Source: Promethearchaeota archaeon (GTDB taxonomy: Archaea; Asgardarchaeota; Lokiarchaeia; Sigyniarchaeales; SOKP01). Taken from it: a DNA stretch of 60,603 bases. Positions 47,206 through 56,343 of this stretch are shown one piece after another. The notes beneath the pieces were generated by a model that was not told the origin of the DNA, did not search any database, and saw nothing but the letters and a program-made list of their open reading frames with translations. The stretch covers positions 1 to 60,603 of the forward strand of contig JAUWZR010000001.1 of the NCBI GenBank assembly GCA_030615235.1, written 5' to 3'. Each line of letters opens with the position of its first letter. Within the stretch, counting starts at the first letter, position 1. The position numbers and the translations under genes are program-made.

Positions 47206-47670
47206 ATGAATAGTGGAGATAGATATGTTTTAGTAATAGCTGAATTACAATATGATTCGAAAAAACCTAGATCAATAGTAAATGATATTAGAGAAGCTTT
47301 TATGGGAATTGTACCTCCTAAATATCCCGAAGGAAGAGGAAGTCCAAATATTTCGAAAAAAATTAGAGATATGTGTAAAATTGATAAAGATATTATTGAT
47401 CCTATTCATTTCTCTTTAATTAAAAAACCTGAAAAAATAGTCAATGCTGAAGGAAGGACCTACACAATAAGAAATACTGCCGTTGGTGCTATGATATTAT
47501 ATGAATATTTAGGTTTAGCTAAAGATTTGAGAAGATTCCTCAATATTTTTGATGAATACCTCAAAAGATTGATAGAAAGCAAAAAACCACAATTTTTCTC
47601 TTATATTACTAACTACGATATAATAATAGGTAATAAAATAAATGATATTTCAGTAACTGAAAACATATAA
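47206..47670 (+). CDS. Island gene 8: 154-aa protein, paralogue of 44592-45044
   Basis: Carries the same conserved blocks as gene 6. Confidence 0.6.
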   Translation: MNSGDRYVLVIAELQYDSKKPRSIVNDIREAFMGIVPPKYPEGRGSPNISKKIRDMCKIDKDIIDPIHFSLIKKPEKIVNAEGRTYTIRNTAVGAMILYEYLGLAKDLRRFLNIFDEYLKRLIESKKPQFFSYITNYDIIIGNKINDISVTENI

Positions 47671-47740
47671 AGGGATTTATCTAAAATTCTATTTAATTAT
47701 GTTATTTTTTATGTCTTAAACCCTAAATATTTAAAATATA

Positions 47741-48343
47741 ATGAAAATACCAGATTTTTCAGAAAAAGATTTTATTGGGATAAATGGAGTAGGAAGAGCA
47801 CAATTATATCATCCTCATTTTGATGTTTGGCAATCTTTTTTCAGAAATAGTTTTAGAATTGAGGGAAGCATAAGTAGTATAATTTTTTTGCCGTGTGCTG
47901 CTATTAAACCCTATTATAATTCTCCAATCCATCGAGTTTTCAATAAAACTATTGACAAATACAAAAATATTCAAAAATTTGTCATATCAAACGCGGGTTT
48001 AATACCCTATGAATTCTGTGATCGGTATCCATTCGAATCTTATGATTGGAATCCACTTTTTGAGACAGAAGAAATAAAAAATGAATATATGGAAGCTATA
48101 AGTACAAGAATATTTGACTTCTTTAAGAATAGAAAAATTAATATTAAAGTTAAATTCATTTCTTATTTAAGGAACGATTCAGAATCGCTGAACTCACTAA
48201 AAATTGCTTTCAAAAAATTAAAAATGAATTTGGAAATAATAAAAATAACTGGAAAACTTCATGAGACAGCAGATACTGACTTATTATTAACATTAGAAGA
48301 AAATTTAATACGATTAAATAAAAAGTTAAAATCATTTGAATAA
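47741..48343 (+). CDS. Island gene 9: DUF5591-like (archaeosine-synthase ArcS C-domain-like) protein
   Basis: IIFLPCAAIKPYYNSPIHRVF resembles the PC-x3-KPY-x-S-x-H block I associate with the ArcS/DUF5591 domain. It lies 8 nt upstream of a TGT-like gene. Motif-level call only. Confidence 0.45.
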   Translation: MKIPDFSEKDFIGINGVGRAQLYHPHFDVWQSFFRNSFRIEGSISSIIFLPCAAIKPYYNSPIHRVFNKTIDKYKNIQKFVISNAGLIPYEFCDRYPFESYDWNPLFETEEIKNEYMEAISTRIFDFFKNRKINIKVKFISYLRNDSESLNSLKIAFKKLKMNLEIIKITGKLHETADTDLLLTLEENLIRLNKKLKSFE

Positions 48344-48351
48344 GTATTTTT

Positions 48352-49404
48352 ATGGATTATTGGGCAGGAGAATTAGGAAATAATTTTATCGAAGGAATAC
48401 AACACGGCAATGTCATGGATAGTGTGTATAATTTTCTGAAATCAGAGGAGCCCAAAATAAAATATCCCTACGAAAATTTATTTTTAGACAATGGCGCCTT
48501 TTCAATATTTAAGAATAACTATAACAAGAAAAAGAATGAAGTACAAATAAATCTTAATAGCATCATCGATATCCAAGAAAAACTCAAACCAAAATTTACA
48601 ATTCCTTTCGATTATCCATTAGATCCCCAAATGAATATTAAAAATATGGAACAAAATTGGCAAAAAACAGTGAAAAATGTTGATTATTGGACTAGTTGTA
48701 CTAATCTTAATCTTGTTCCTGCGCTGCATGGATGGAACAAAACTTCTCTAAATAAAAATCTTCATTTATTACAAAAAAAAGATTTTGATTACATAGCTTT
48801 AGGAAGTGCCTTTATTCTAAAGGAGAAATTCAAAGGATTTTTTGGAGATCGCCAACCAAATAAAAACATTTATGAAGCATTTTTATACCTCAGTTCCCTA
48901 GGTAAAAATCTAGGTATTGATATTCATGTATTTGGACTTGGAGCTTCTCCATTGACTTATCATTTTGCTGCGTTCTGTGAAATCAAAAGTTCTGATTCTT
49001 CAGGATATAGGAGAAAAGCAGCATACGGAAAAATTATCTTACCTCAAACAGCAGAAAGATATGCCGGTAATGGAAGTGCTACTTTTGGATTAAAAACTAA
49101 AAATGGATTGACTTATAAGAAAATCTTTTCTAATGAAGAAAAGAAAAAATTAGCCGAGTGTGGGTGCCCTGAATGCCGAAAAATATCCAAACATGGATAC
49201 CGTCGATGGAAACATTTATGTTCCGATTGGAAAATTAGAGCAATTCATAATAAATGGGTAATGGAACAGGAAGAAAAGATTTCCCACGAGTTAATTCAAC
49301 AAGGTTGGGATTGTTATGAAGAATTTATTAATAAAATGATGGAGAAATCTCGCTTAAAATGGCTTTGGGCTTTTATAAGAAAAACAAAACAAAAATATTT
49401 TTAA
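48352..49404 (+). CDS. Island gene 10: small tRNA-guanine-transglycosylase-superfamily protein without a PUA domain (DpdA-like candidate)
   Basis: The TGT zinc site and following helix are CGCPEC-x21-AIHNKW (CxCxxC ... HN). FLDNGAFSIF resembles the catalytic DSGGFQ block. At 350 aa it lacks the N-terminal ArcTGT start motif and PUA. Confidence 0.65.
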   Translation: MDYWAGELGNNFIEGIQHGNVMDSVYNFLKSEEPKIKYPYENLFLDNGAFSIFKNNYNKKKNEVQINLNSIIDIQEKLKPKFTIPFDYPLDPQMNIKNMEQNWQKTVKNVDYWTSCTNLNLVPALHGWNKTSLNKNLHLLQKKDFDYIALGSAFILKEKFKGFFGDRQPNKNIYEAFLYLSSLGKNLGIDIHVFGLGASPLTYHFAAFCEIKSSDSSGYRRKAAYGKIILPQTAERYAGNGSATFGLKTKNGLTYKKIFSNEEKKKLAECGCPECRKISKHGYRRWKHLCSDWKIRAIHNKWVMEQEEKISHELIQQGWDCYEEFINKMMEKSRLKWLWAFIRKTKQKYF

Positions 49405-49539
49405 TATAATTATATTCTTGAACGATATTATTTCTTCCAGTCTCAGGATATTTCTTTTTGTAGTTTATTCTCAATATATTTAATTATGTTCTTTGGTATA
49501 ATTTTTCTTCAAACCATTAAAATAAATTTAAAAAATAAA

Positions 49540-51879
49540 TTAATTTATAAAAGGAAATTTAATTTCTACAGGGTCATGTTTTCCCATGCTCGTAATATAA
49601 GCATGTCCTTGTGGAAGATGTTTCAGTCGTTCTATATCTTGCTTATTATTAAAGTATTCCTTCAAGTAGTTGCTTCCACTTCCTTGTGTCTGAAGGAATA
49701 TTTTGGTATTACACAGATCAATAATTTCTTTTTTCACATCCATGATACTCTGGGTCGCAAATGCTACTCCATAGTCTCTTTTCCTACCACGATGTACGAT
49801 TTCGTCTAAGAATTTAACAATGCGCTTTAAGTATTCCGAATCTGATTGTGATTTCGATTTGGGAAGGAGACGTTGGATTTCATCCAAATGTAAGAAAACT
49901 TTAAGTTTTTCTTTTCCTTTCAAAGCACGTTTATGAAGAATAGCTAATAAATATAACGCTACAATTCGTTGATGTGAATCTCTCAAAATGTACGAATTAA
50001 TTACTGTTATATTACCAGGGATTAACATGGATTCAAAATCTATTGGTTCTACTTCGGGCAAATCGAAGATTCTTAGAGAGATGGAATTCAACGCCCTTCT
50101 TATTGCGGACTTAGTTCCAGATGTTGCGCTATATATCTCATTTTCCATATAATAGAAAATAAATTTCTTTAGTTCTGGAAGTGTAAACTCCTTTCCCTTA
50201 TTTTCTTCAATAATATCATAAATTATTGTTTGCAAAGTATCGTGAGATATTGGTGTCAATTCGTGTAAGAAATAGGGTAAATCAACAGGATCAATCGCTT
50301 TTAAGGTAAGGCAAAAACCTTTATCTGTATCTATATTAATGAACCTAAATTTATTGATGTTAAGAGCATTAATTCTATGTAGCTTCATTAATTTCTCTGA
50401 TTGCTTGGTAGAAGGAATATTTGCTAAATTACCATATTCTCCTTCATTATCAAGTATAATTTGTGCTGGAGAATCTTTCTCTTGAGCAATTAAAAGTGAG
50501 AGTAATTTCAATGCTGATGTTTTCCCAGAACCTTGTTGCCCACTCATGAACACACTTTGATATAAAGTTCTTATTTTAAGCAAATATGGAACTCCTGTAT
50601 TTAACCCTTGTATGCTTGCAATTTCTATTCCATTTTGAGGAATTTTTTTAAATTCACAGAACTCGTTTTGCGTTGGTATTTTGATTTTTCCGCCTATTAT
50701 CGTTTGTGGGTTCAGTGCCTGATATCCTTCAGGTGTAAATTGCCCAACGGGAATCAATGTAATTTTATAGTTATATTCTTTATGACTTGAAGTTTCTCCA
50801 GGAAAATAATCTTCAGAGCATTCTATTTTTTTAACAATGCACATTATTCTCACTCCATCCTCCTCTTTTTCAACAATCACACAATATCCATCTCTTACGA
50901 GGTGTGCTTTATTAGGATATAAATATCCTTTCATCTGGTTATCACCGCCCATTACAAGCTCAAGAGGTTTTCCCTTTACAGTGTTAATGCTTCCTAAACA
51001 ATAATCATCATCTTCAGATATCCCGTTAGAATTATATTGATTCCACGGATCACTGGGTGGTGTGGTTGGTGCAGATGTATTATGTAATTCACTTATTTTG
51101 GCATGGCTCTCTTTAACATCATTATGATCTTCATCATTTTCAGAGGTAAACTCAAAAGTAATACCGTTAAAACCTTCAAATGCTGTATTCATAGCAAATT
51201 TTACTGCAGTTTCCCTTAAATCATCCGTAAATTTATAAGAGACAACTTTATTTGGAAAATATACTAACTGAACGACTCCGCATTTCTGATGCCTCGCTTT
51301 TTCAAAAATAATTCCATATAGGCAAGTTTGCATAAATTCTCTATGATTTTTTAAATTTAAATTGCTCATTTCATCATTTTTGTTTAATTCATACGATTTA
51401 AATTCTCTTATTATAAATTTCTCTGAATCTAGCTCAACCAAACAATCAACTCGAGCATTAATTTTCAAGCCACCAATTTTTCCAATCTCTTCAACTTCAA
51501 AAGAAGCTTCTCCACCAAAGAATTCAATTTCAATCTTTTTTGGTATAACAATAGCATAATTATTTTTAGATTGCATTTTCGCAACTCTGCGTATATCTTG
51601 ATGTAAAGAATTTAATAACACTTTAGTGTCCTCATGATATATCTCATAATCAGGATTCTTTTTGATATCTGCCAAGATATCAATCTTATACTTTGTCAAA
51701 TTCTGACTGAAAACTCTATAATTCATTTTGTTTCTTTTATTCCCCCCTTTGAAAATTCTTTTATAATATGTTGTGGATGCTTGATGTAAAACTCTTCCAC
51801 GTATTCCCCCATGCTCATATATTACCTTACCATAGACATTATCTAATAAACCACTTACAGATTTTTTACATTGATTCAT
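49540..51879 (-). CDS. PD-(D/E)xK (Cas4/RecB-like) nuclease domain fused to a HerA/FtsK-type (DUF87) ATPase
   Basis: The N-terminal part has RVDCLVELDSEKFIIREFKSY (D ... ExK) and MQTCLY (QxxxY). The C-terminal part has Walker A GQQGSGKTS, Walker B VFLHLDEIQRLLP, and FATQSIMDVKKEIIDLCNTKIFLQT, typical of HerA-like ATPases. Confidence 0.75.
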   Translation of the reverse strand: MNQCKKSVSGLLDNVYGKVIYEHGGIRGRVLHQASTTYYKRIFKGGNKRNKMNYRVFSQNLTKYKIDILADIKKNPDYEIYHEDTKVLLNSLHQDIRRVAKMQSKNNYAIVIPKKIEIEFFGGEASFEVEEIGKIGGLKINARVDCLVELDSEKFIIREFKSYELNKNDEMSNLNLKNHREFMQTCLYGIIFEKARHQKCGVVQLVYFPNKVVSYKFTDDLRETAVKFAMNTAFEGFNGITFEFTSENDEDHNDVKESHAKISELHNTSAPTTPPSDPWNQYNSNGISEDDDYCLGSINTVKGKPLELVMGGDNQMKGYLYPNKAHLVRDGYCVIVEKEEDGVRIMCIVKKIECSEDYFPGETSSHKEYNYKITLIPVGQFTPEGYQALNPQTIIGGKIKIPTQNEFCEFKKIPQNGIEIASIQGLNTGVPYLLKIRTLYQSVFMSGQQGSGKTSALKLLSLLIAQEKDSPAQIILDNEGEYGNLANIPSTKQSEKLMKLHRINALNINKFRFINIDTDKGFCLTLKAIDPVDLPYFLHELTPISHDTLQTIIYDIIEENKGKEFTLPELKKFIFYYMENEIYSATSGTKSAIRRALNSISLRIFDLPEVEPIDFESMLIPGNITVINSYILRDSHQRIVALYLLAILHKRALKGKEKLKVFLHLDEIQRLLPKSKSQSDSEYLKRIVKFLDEIVHRGRKRDYGVAFATQSIMDVKKEIIDLCNTKIFLQTQGSGSNYLKEYFNNKQDIERLKHLPQGHAYITSMGKHDPVEIKFPFIN

Positions 51880-51885
51880 TTTTTA

Positions 51886-52236
51886 TCACATCTCATTTTG
51901 TTCAAACAATTCAAAATATCCTTCAGAGTTTCTGATTAAATCTAGCACATCTAAAGTTGTTTTATTAAGGAATAACGAATCATTTTTTTCTGCTAAAAAC
52001 TTCGAAAATATCTCTAATGAATTTTCAAATTGGGAATAATTTTCAGAAATAAGATTTCTTAATAAAATCTGGCGCTCTAATAGAGAATATTGAGTTAATA
52101 TTTCCTTTATAAAAACATCAACATCGTCGAAATAAATTACATTACCAAATTTTAAATTAGCTAAAATATTTTTAATTTTCTCATAAATATGGCAATTTTC
52201 TTCTTTAAATTTTGAGAAAAAAGTATTATTGTTCAA
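51886..52236 (-). CDS. Hypothetical 116-aa protein, co-operonic with the nuclease-HerA gene
   Basis: Lies 6 nt upstream of the 779-aa gene on the same strand. No recognised motif. Confidence 0.45.
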   Translation of the reverse strand: MNNNTFFSKFKEENCHIYEKIKNILANLKFGNVIYFDDVDVFIKEILTQYSLLERQILLRNLISENYSQFENSLEIFSKFLAEKNDSLFLNKTTLDVLDLIRNSEGYFELFEQNEM

Positions 52237-52397
52237 ATAACCACCTCAACTTATTTTTATCTAGCTTTTTTTCGTATATAAACTTAGCTAATATTATTAT
52301 TAAAGTTAATATTTATAAATCTTTCGATATTATTAATTAAAATAAGATTTATATATAAATTAAGTTATAAACTAGATAGTAAAGATAAGGTGAATTT

Positions 52398-53921
52398 ATG
52401 TCAGATTTAACAACCCAAAACAAAATTTTAACCGTTTTAAGTAAAGCGTATCTCCCGTTAACAGCTAGGGAAATTTCTCAAATTGCAGAACTAAACATCA
52501 ATACTACTAGAACTATTTTACCACAAATGGTTAATAGAGGAGAAATTGAGCCAATAAAAATGGGTCCTGGGACTAAAAACTTATATATGTATAAAAAAAT
52601 CGAGGATGAAGGAACTGTAGAAATCCTTGTTATAGGAAAATGGATGAAGAAGAATTTAGAAAGTTATGAAAAAAAAGAAATAGAGGAACCTATTGAAGAA
52701 CAATTAGAATTAAAAAATCATTTAAATTTCAATTTATTTCAGTGTGTTGGCCTCATAAATTTCTATGATCTCCGAAAAATTTGTGGAATTCATAGATATA
52801 CATCCCCAGATAAAATAAATGAAATAGGAATGGGTGTGCAAAGACAAAGGCATGACAAATGGGTCGAGGAATTGAAAGAGGGATTAAAATCTTCCAAAGC
52901 TGAAATGTGGTCTACGGCAATAATATATTTTGATAAAGAAAAAATAGAATACACTAAACTTCGGGATTATAATGGTCAAGAAATAGGAGTTATAATCATT
53001 AATTATGATGGTCATGTATATGATGCTGAAAAACCAGGTTGGATTTTAGACGGACAGCAGAGAATGTGGGCTTTAGAGAATATCGCAATTGCTTCAGAAG
53101 ATCCAGATTCTCTGAAATTGACAGGACCAGTAACTATTGCTATTGGGGAATTTTACTACAAAGATATAGGAACTAAGCTTAATTTTATCCGAAGAACTTT
53201 TTCACATGCAAATAAAACTCAAAATCTTCCTAAGAATTTCAGGAAGGATTTAATAGGCACATTAGATGATTACAGTCAAGAAACAATGACCAAGAAAGAT
53301 AAAAAAGACGCTTTAATATCCTCAATAATTAGGTACTTAAATACAGATTATGATAGTCCTTTTAAAGAAATAATTGATATGCAAAATCGAGGTTTACCAA
53401 GAATTCAAGGAGAATTGATATCATGGGGGGCTATGAACTATATAATCCAAGAAATTTTAGAATATGAAGCGTTTAATAAGGAAGATTTACCTATTCCTGA
53501 ATCAGATAATCGATATAAATTTAATTTAGAATTAATTAAAGATTACTTCAATGCGATAAAATATATTTATCCATCTGAATGGGGGCAAACAGTTCAAAAT
53601 TCAAGGCTTCGGAGTAGGCTAGTGCTTTCTAGCTTTTCTATGCTTATTGGAAAAATACTGCATATTTCAATTGCGTTATCATCTGATCGCGAAACAAGAT
53701 TTAAGGAGATTGTTAGAGAAAATCTAAAAATTTCAGAAGATGAAAGAGTAAGTTTTGATGTAAACAGCCCATTGATACTAAACTTAAAAAACAATCAAGC
53801 TGATATAAAAACTTTAACCGAAAATTTAATAAAGATTTATGCTCAAAATTCCCAATATAATCCTGAAGAATTGTTAATTGTAAAAATTTATGAAGAATGG
53901 AGAGAATTACTGGAATATTGA
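52398..53921 (+). CDS. ParB/DndB/DUF262-superfamily protein (DGQ[HQ]R motif) with an N-terminal winged helix
   Basis: GVQRQRHDKWVEEL followed by WILDGQQRMWAL matches the QR ... DGQ(H/Q)R arrangement of DndB/DpdB-like DGQHR and DUF262 domains. The N-terminus LPLTAREISQIAELNINTTRTIL is HTH-like. Confidence 0.65.
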   Translation: MSDLTTQNKILTVLSKAYLPLTAREISQIAELNINTTRTILPQMVNRGEIEPIKMGPGTKNLYMYKKIEDEGTVEILVIGKWMKKNLESYEKKEIEEPIEEQLELKNHLNFNLFQCVGLINFYDLRKICGIHRYTSPDKINEIGMGVQRQRHDKWVEELKEGLKSSKAEMWSTAIIYFDKEKIEYTKLRDYNGQEIGVIIINYDGHVYDAEKPGWILDGQQRMWALENIAIASEDPDSLKLTGPVTIAIGEFYYKDIGTKLNFIRRTFSHANKTQNLPKNFRKDLIGTLDDYSQETMTKKDKKDALISSIIRYLNTDYDSPFKEIIDMQNRGLPRIQGELISWGAMNYIIQEILEYEAFNKEDLPIPESDNRYKFNLELIKDYFNAIKYIYPSEWGQTVQNSRLRSRLVLSSFSMLIGKILHISIALSSDRETRFKEIVRENLKISEDERVSFDVNSPLILNLKNNQADIKTLTENLIKIYAQNSQYNPEELLIVKIYEEWRELLEY

Positions 53922-54005
53922 TATATCTTAATTCCAATTGCTAATAAAATTTATAAAAATTACTATATTACCTGGATTAATATATTCGAAATCCTTTTAA
54001 TATTC

Positions 54006-55379
54006 ATGAAAAAGGATTTTGAATTGAAAGAAAAGACAGCTATAAATTTTCTTAAAAAGTACAATAAAAATGCTTATGTCTGTTTTTCAGGGGGTAAAGA
54101 TAGTCTAGTCGCCCTTGATTTAGCCATTAAAGGCGGAATTGATAATGTTGTATTTTGCGATACTACTATGGAATTTCAAGAAACTCTTGATTACATTAGA
54201 AGAGTAGAAGAATTTTATGATATAAGGGTGGAATCAGTGACTGCCCCTGTGCCATTTTTTGAACTTGTATATAAAATTGGGGTCCCATCGAGAAGATTGA
54301 GATGGTGTTGCAAGGTTTATAAATTTTCTCCACTCGCGGTATTCGCAAGAGAGAACAAGGTTAAATCTTATATAACAGGCTTAAGAAGTGAAGAGAATGT
54401 TAGACGTAAGCATTATAGCAAAAATGATGAGAATCATTTAATAGATTCAAAACAAATAAATCCTATTCTTGATTGGTCAAGTCAAGATATTTGGGATTAT
54501 ATTATGCGAAATAATCTACCTGTTAATCCACTGTACAATTTAGGATTTAAAAGAATAGGGTGTTGGCCATGCCCATTTAAATCTAAGGTAGATTGGAGTT
54601 TGATTAAGAAGTTCTTCCCAGATAAATCAAAATTACTAGATAAAACCTTGAGATCTATCTTAAAGAATTGCGAAGGTGTGGGAATTAAGAATTTAGATGA
54701 TTTCATAAAAAATTTTAAATGGACTGCTTATAGTAGGCCGCAAAACTCTGAATTACAAGGGAAAATAGAATTTATTGATGGTACATCTTTAATTCATTTA
54801 GAAAATACGAGCGATCTCAAAAAAGTAGAAAAAATTATTCCAATATTATCAAAAGAATATGAGGTAATTAGAAATTCGATTATGATAAAAAGCAAACTCC
54901 GCAAGCAAAGTCTCAAAATCCTCGTAGAAAAAGCTCTAAATTGTGTAGGTTGTGGTACATGCGTTGCTTTTTGTAAGTCTTTAAGAATAGAAAGAAACCA
55001 TTTAGTTGTTGATAGTCAAAATTGTACTTCATGTTTAAGATGTATTAAAACTAGTACAATGAGGGGAGCTTGTATAATGAGAAATTTTTCTCCATATCGT
55101 ATTGAAATTGGTACTTGCCAAAATTTTTCAGTAGAAAATGAAATTCCTTCATTAAATAGTCGTGTTGGCTTGATTAGAACAAGAGCTAAACTGGAAGATA
55201 TAATAGAAAAATTAGAAAAACATGCTGAAATTAAAAAATTCACTCAATATGTCTCCATAAAAAACGGAAAATTGTCAGCAACAGCATATAAGTCAAGAGG
55301 GTATGTGGAAATTAAAATTTACCCTAACAATAATGACTTAGAAATTACAATGAATTATTTCAGAGGGATAATCACTTAA
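54006..55379 (+). CDS. PAPS-reductase-family PP-loop ATP pyrophosphatase (DndC-like) with a C-terminal 2x[4Fe-4S] ferredoxin-like domain
   Basis: PP-loop VCFSGGKDSLVALDL, RWCCKVYKFSPL and GCWPCP blocks of the PAPS reductase/DndC family. CVGCGTCVAFC and CTSCLRC Cys clusters follow. Confidence 0.75.
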   Translation: MKKDFELKEKTAINFLKKYNKNAYVCFSGGKDSLVALDLAIKGGIDNVVFCDTTMEFQETLDYIRRVEEFYDIRVESVTAPVPFFELVYKIGVPSRRLRWCCKVYKFSPLAVFARENKVKSYITGLRSEENVRRKHYSKNDENHLIDSKQINPILDWSSQDIWDYIMRNNLPVNPLYNLGFKRIGCWPCPFKSKVDWSLIKKFFPDKSKLLDKTLRSILKNCEGVGIKNLDDFIKNFKWTAYSRPQNSELQGKIEFIDGTSLIHLENTSDLKKVEKIIPILSKEYEVIRNSIMIKSKLRKQSLKILVEKALNCVGCGTCVAFCKSLRIERNHLVVDSQNCTSCLRCIKTSTMRGACIMRNFSPYRIEIGTCQNFSVENEIPSLNSRVGLIRTRAKLEDIIEKLEKHAEIKKFTQYVSIKNGKLSATAYKSRGYVEIKIYPNNNDLEITMNYFRGIIT

Positions 55380-55449
55380 AAATTTATATAATAAAAAATT
55401 TCTAAACATGTAAAGAATTGTCCTTCCAAATTTGGTGGATTAAAATTAC

Positions 55450-56343
55450 ATGACAAAATATGATTTATTCAACTTGGAAAAAATCCAAGAATTAACTAGC
55501 CCGATTGAAGAATTTGAAGGAAAAATAGTCAATTTTGGGATTAACTTTGAAAGATTTCGCAAAACTAGAAATAAAACTCTCCATAAGATAAAAGATCAAT
55601 TATTTATAGAAGAAATTGAACAAATCTTTCTTGAATTTGACACACTCTATAAGCAATTATCTAAACAATCAATTAATATTATTTTAAAATTTCTCTTTTT
55701 TCAAGAAAAACTTACGAAAGAACATGCAATTTTATTCAAACAAAAATTAAAAGATTCTAATTTAAGATTAAACGAATACGGATTACATTTAATTGAAACT
55801 AAAAAAATCCGTAGAATTCATGATAACACCTTAGTGATCTTTGCCCCATCTTTAGATCTATGGTTAGAAGTATTAAACTCATTAAAGAGAAATTCTCTAT
55901 ATTTATCTTTTATAGAGAAGGCTAAGATTATTTTAAAAACTAAGGAATATATACCTATTGAAGAAATTTCTACTCAAAATGAACAAACAATAGAAAAAGA
56001 ATCTAAATCTGAACTTAATAAATATGAAGAATATCTTAAATATACGAATAAGGAATTTCAAAAAAGGAGACGGAGAGAAAAAAGAACTAATTTAGTAAAA
56101 CTTCAAGAAAAACCAGCTATCCAAATTGAGGTAACTAAGGAGGTAACAGAGAAAATTGAAGAATATAAATCTAAAATGAAAACTGACTTCAATAGGAAAT
56201 ATTTTATTCAAAAAGATGAAGAAAAAGATCCAGTATCGTTAATAAAAGATTTAAAAAAAAAAAAAAAGGAAGAATACAAAATACATTTAGAGAAAATACA
56301 GAAAAAGAAATCAGGTGAAAATTCAGATACTAGAACGAATTAA
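55450..56343 (+). CDS. Hypothetical protein with a Lys/Glu-rich C-terminal half
   Basis: 297-aa ORF that overlaps the next gene by 29 nt. Confidence 0.45.
   Translation: MTKYDLFNLEKIQELTSPIEEFEGKIVNFGINFERFRKTRNKTLHKIKDQLFIEEIEQIFLEFDTLYKQLSKQSINIILKFLFFQEKLTKEHAILFKQKLKDSNLRLNEYGLHLIETKKIRRIHDNTLVIFAPSLDLWLEVLNSLKRNSLYLSFIEKAKIILKTKEYIPIEEISTQNEQTIEKESKSELNKYEEYLKYTNKEFQKRRRREKRTNLVKLQEKPAIQIEVTKEVTEKIEEYKSKMKTDFNRKYFIQKDEEKDPVSLIKDLKKKKKEEYKIHLEKIQKKKSGENSDTRTN

Noticed and set aside
43357-47670. Reading the AAA ATPase plus the two 150-aa paralogues as a CBASS type III TRIP13-HORMA module
   Set aside because: There is no CD-NTase-like cyclase or obvious CBASS effector in the operon. The two Pol-beta-type nucleotidyltransferases in the window are over 13 kb away in unrelated contexts. 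I cannot see HORMA features in the sequence. The idea is kept only as something for structure prediction to test.
49486-49809. 107-aa + strand ORF overlapping the 3' end of the nuclease-HerA gene
   Set aside because: It overlaps a much better supported gene on the opposite strand, and its product is hydrophobic and low in complexity.
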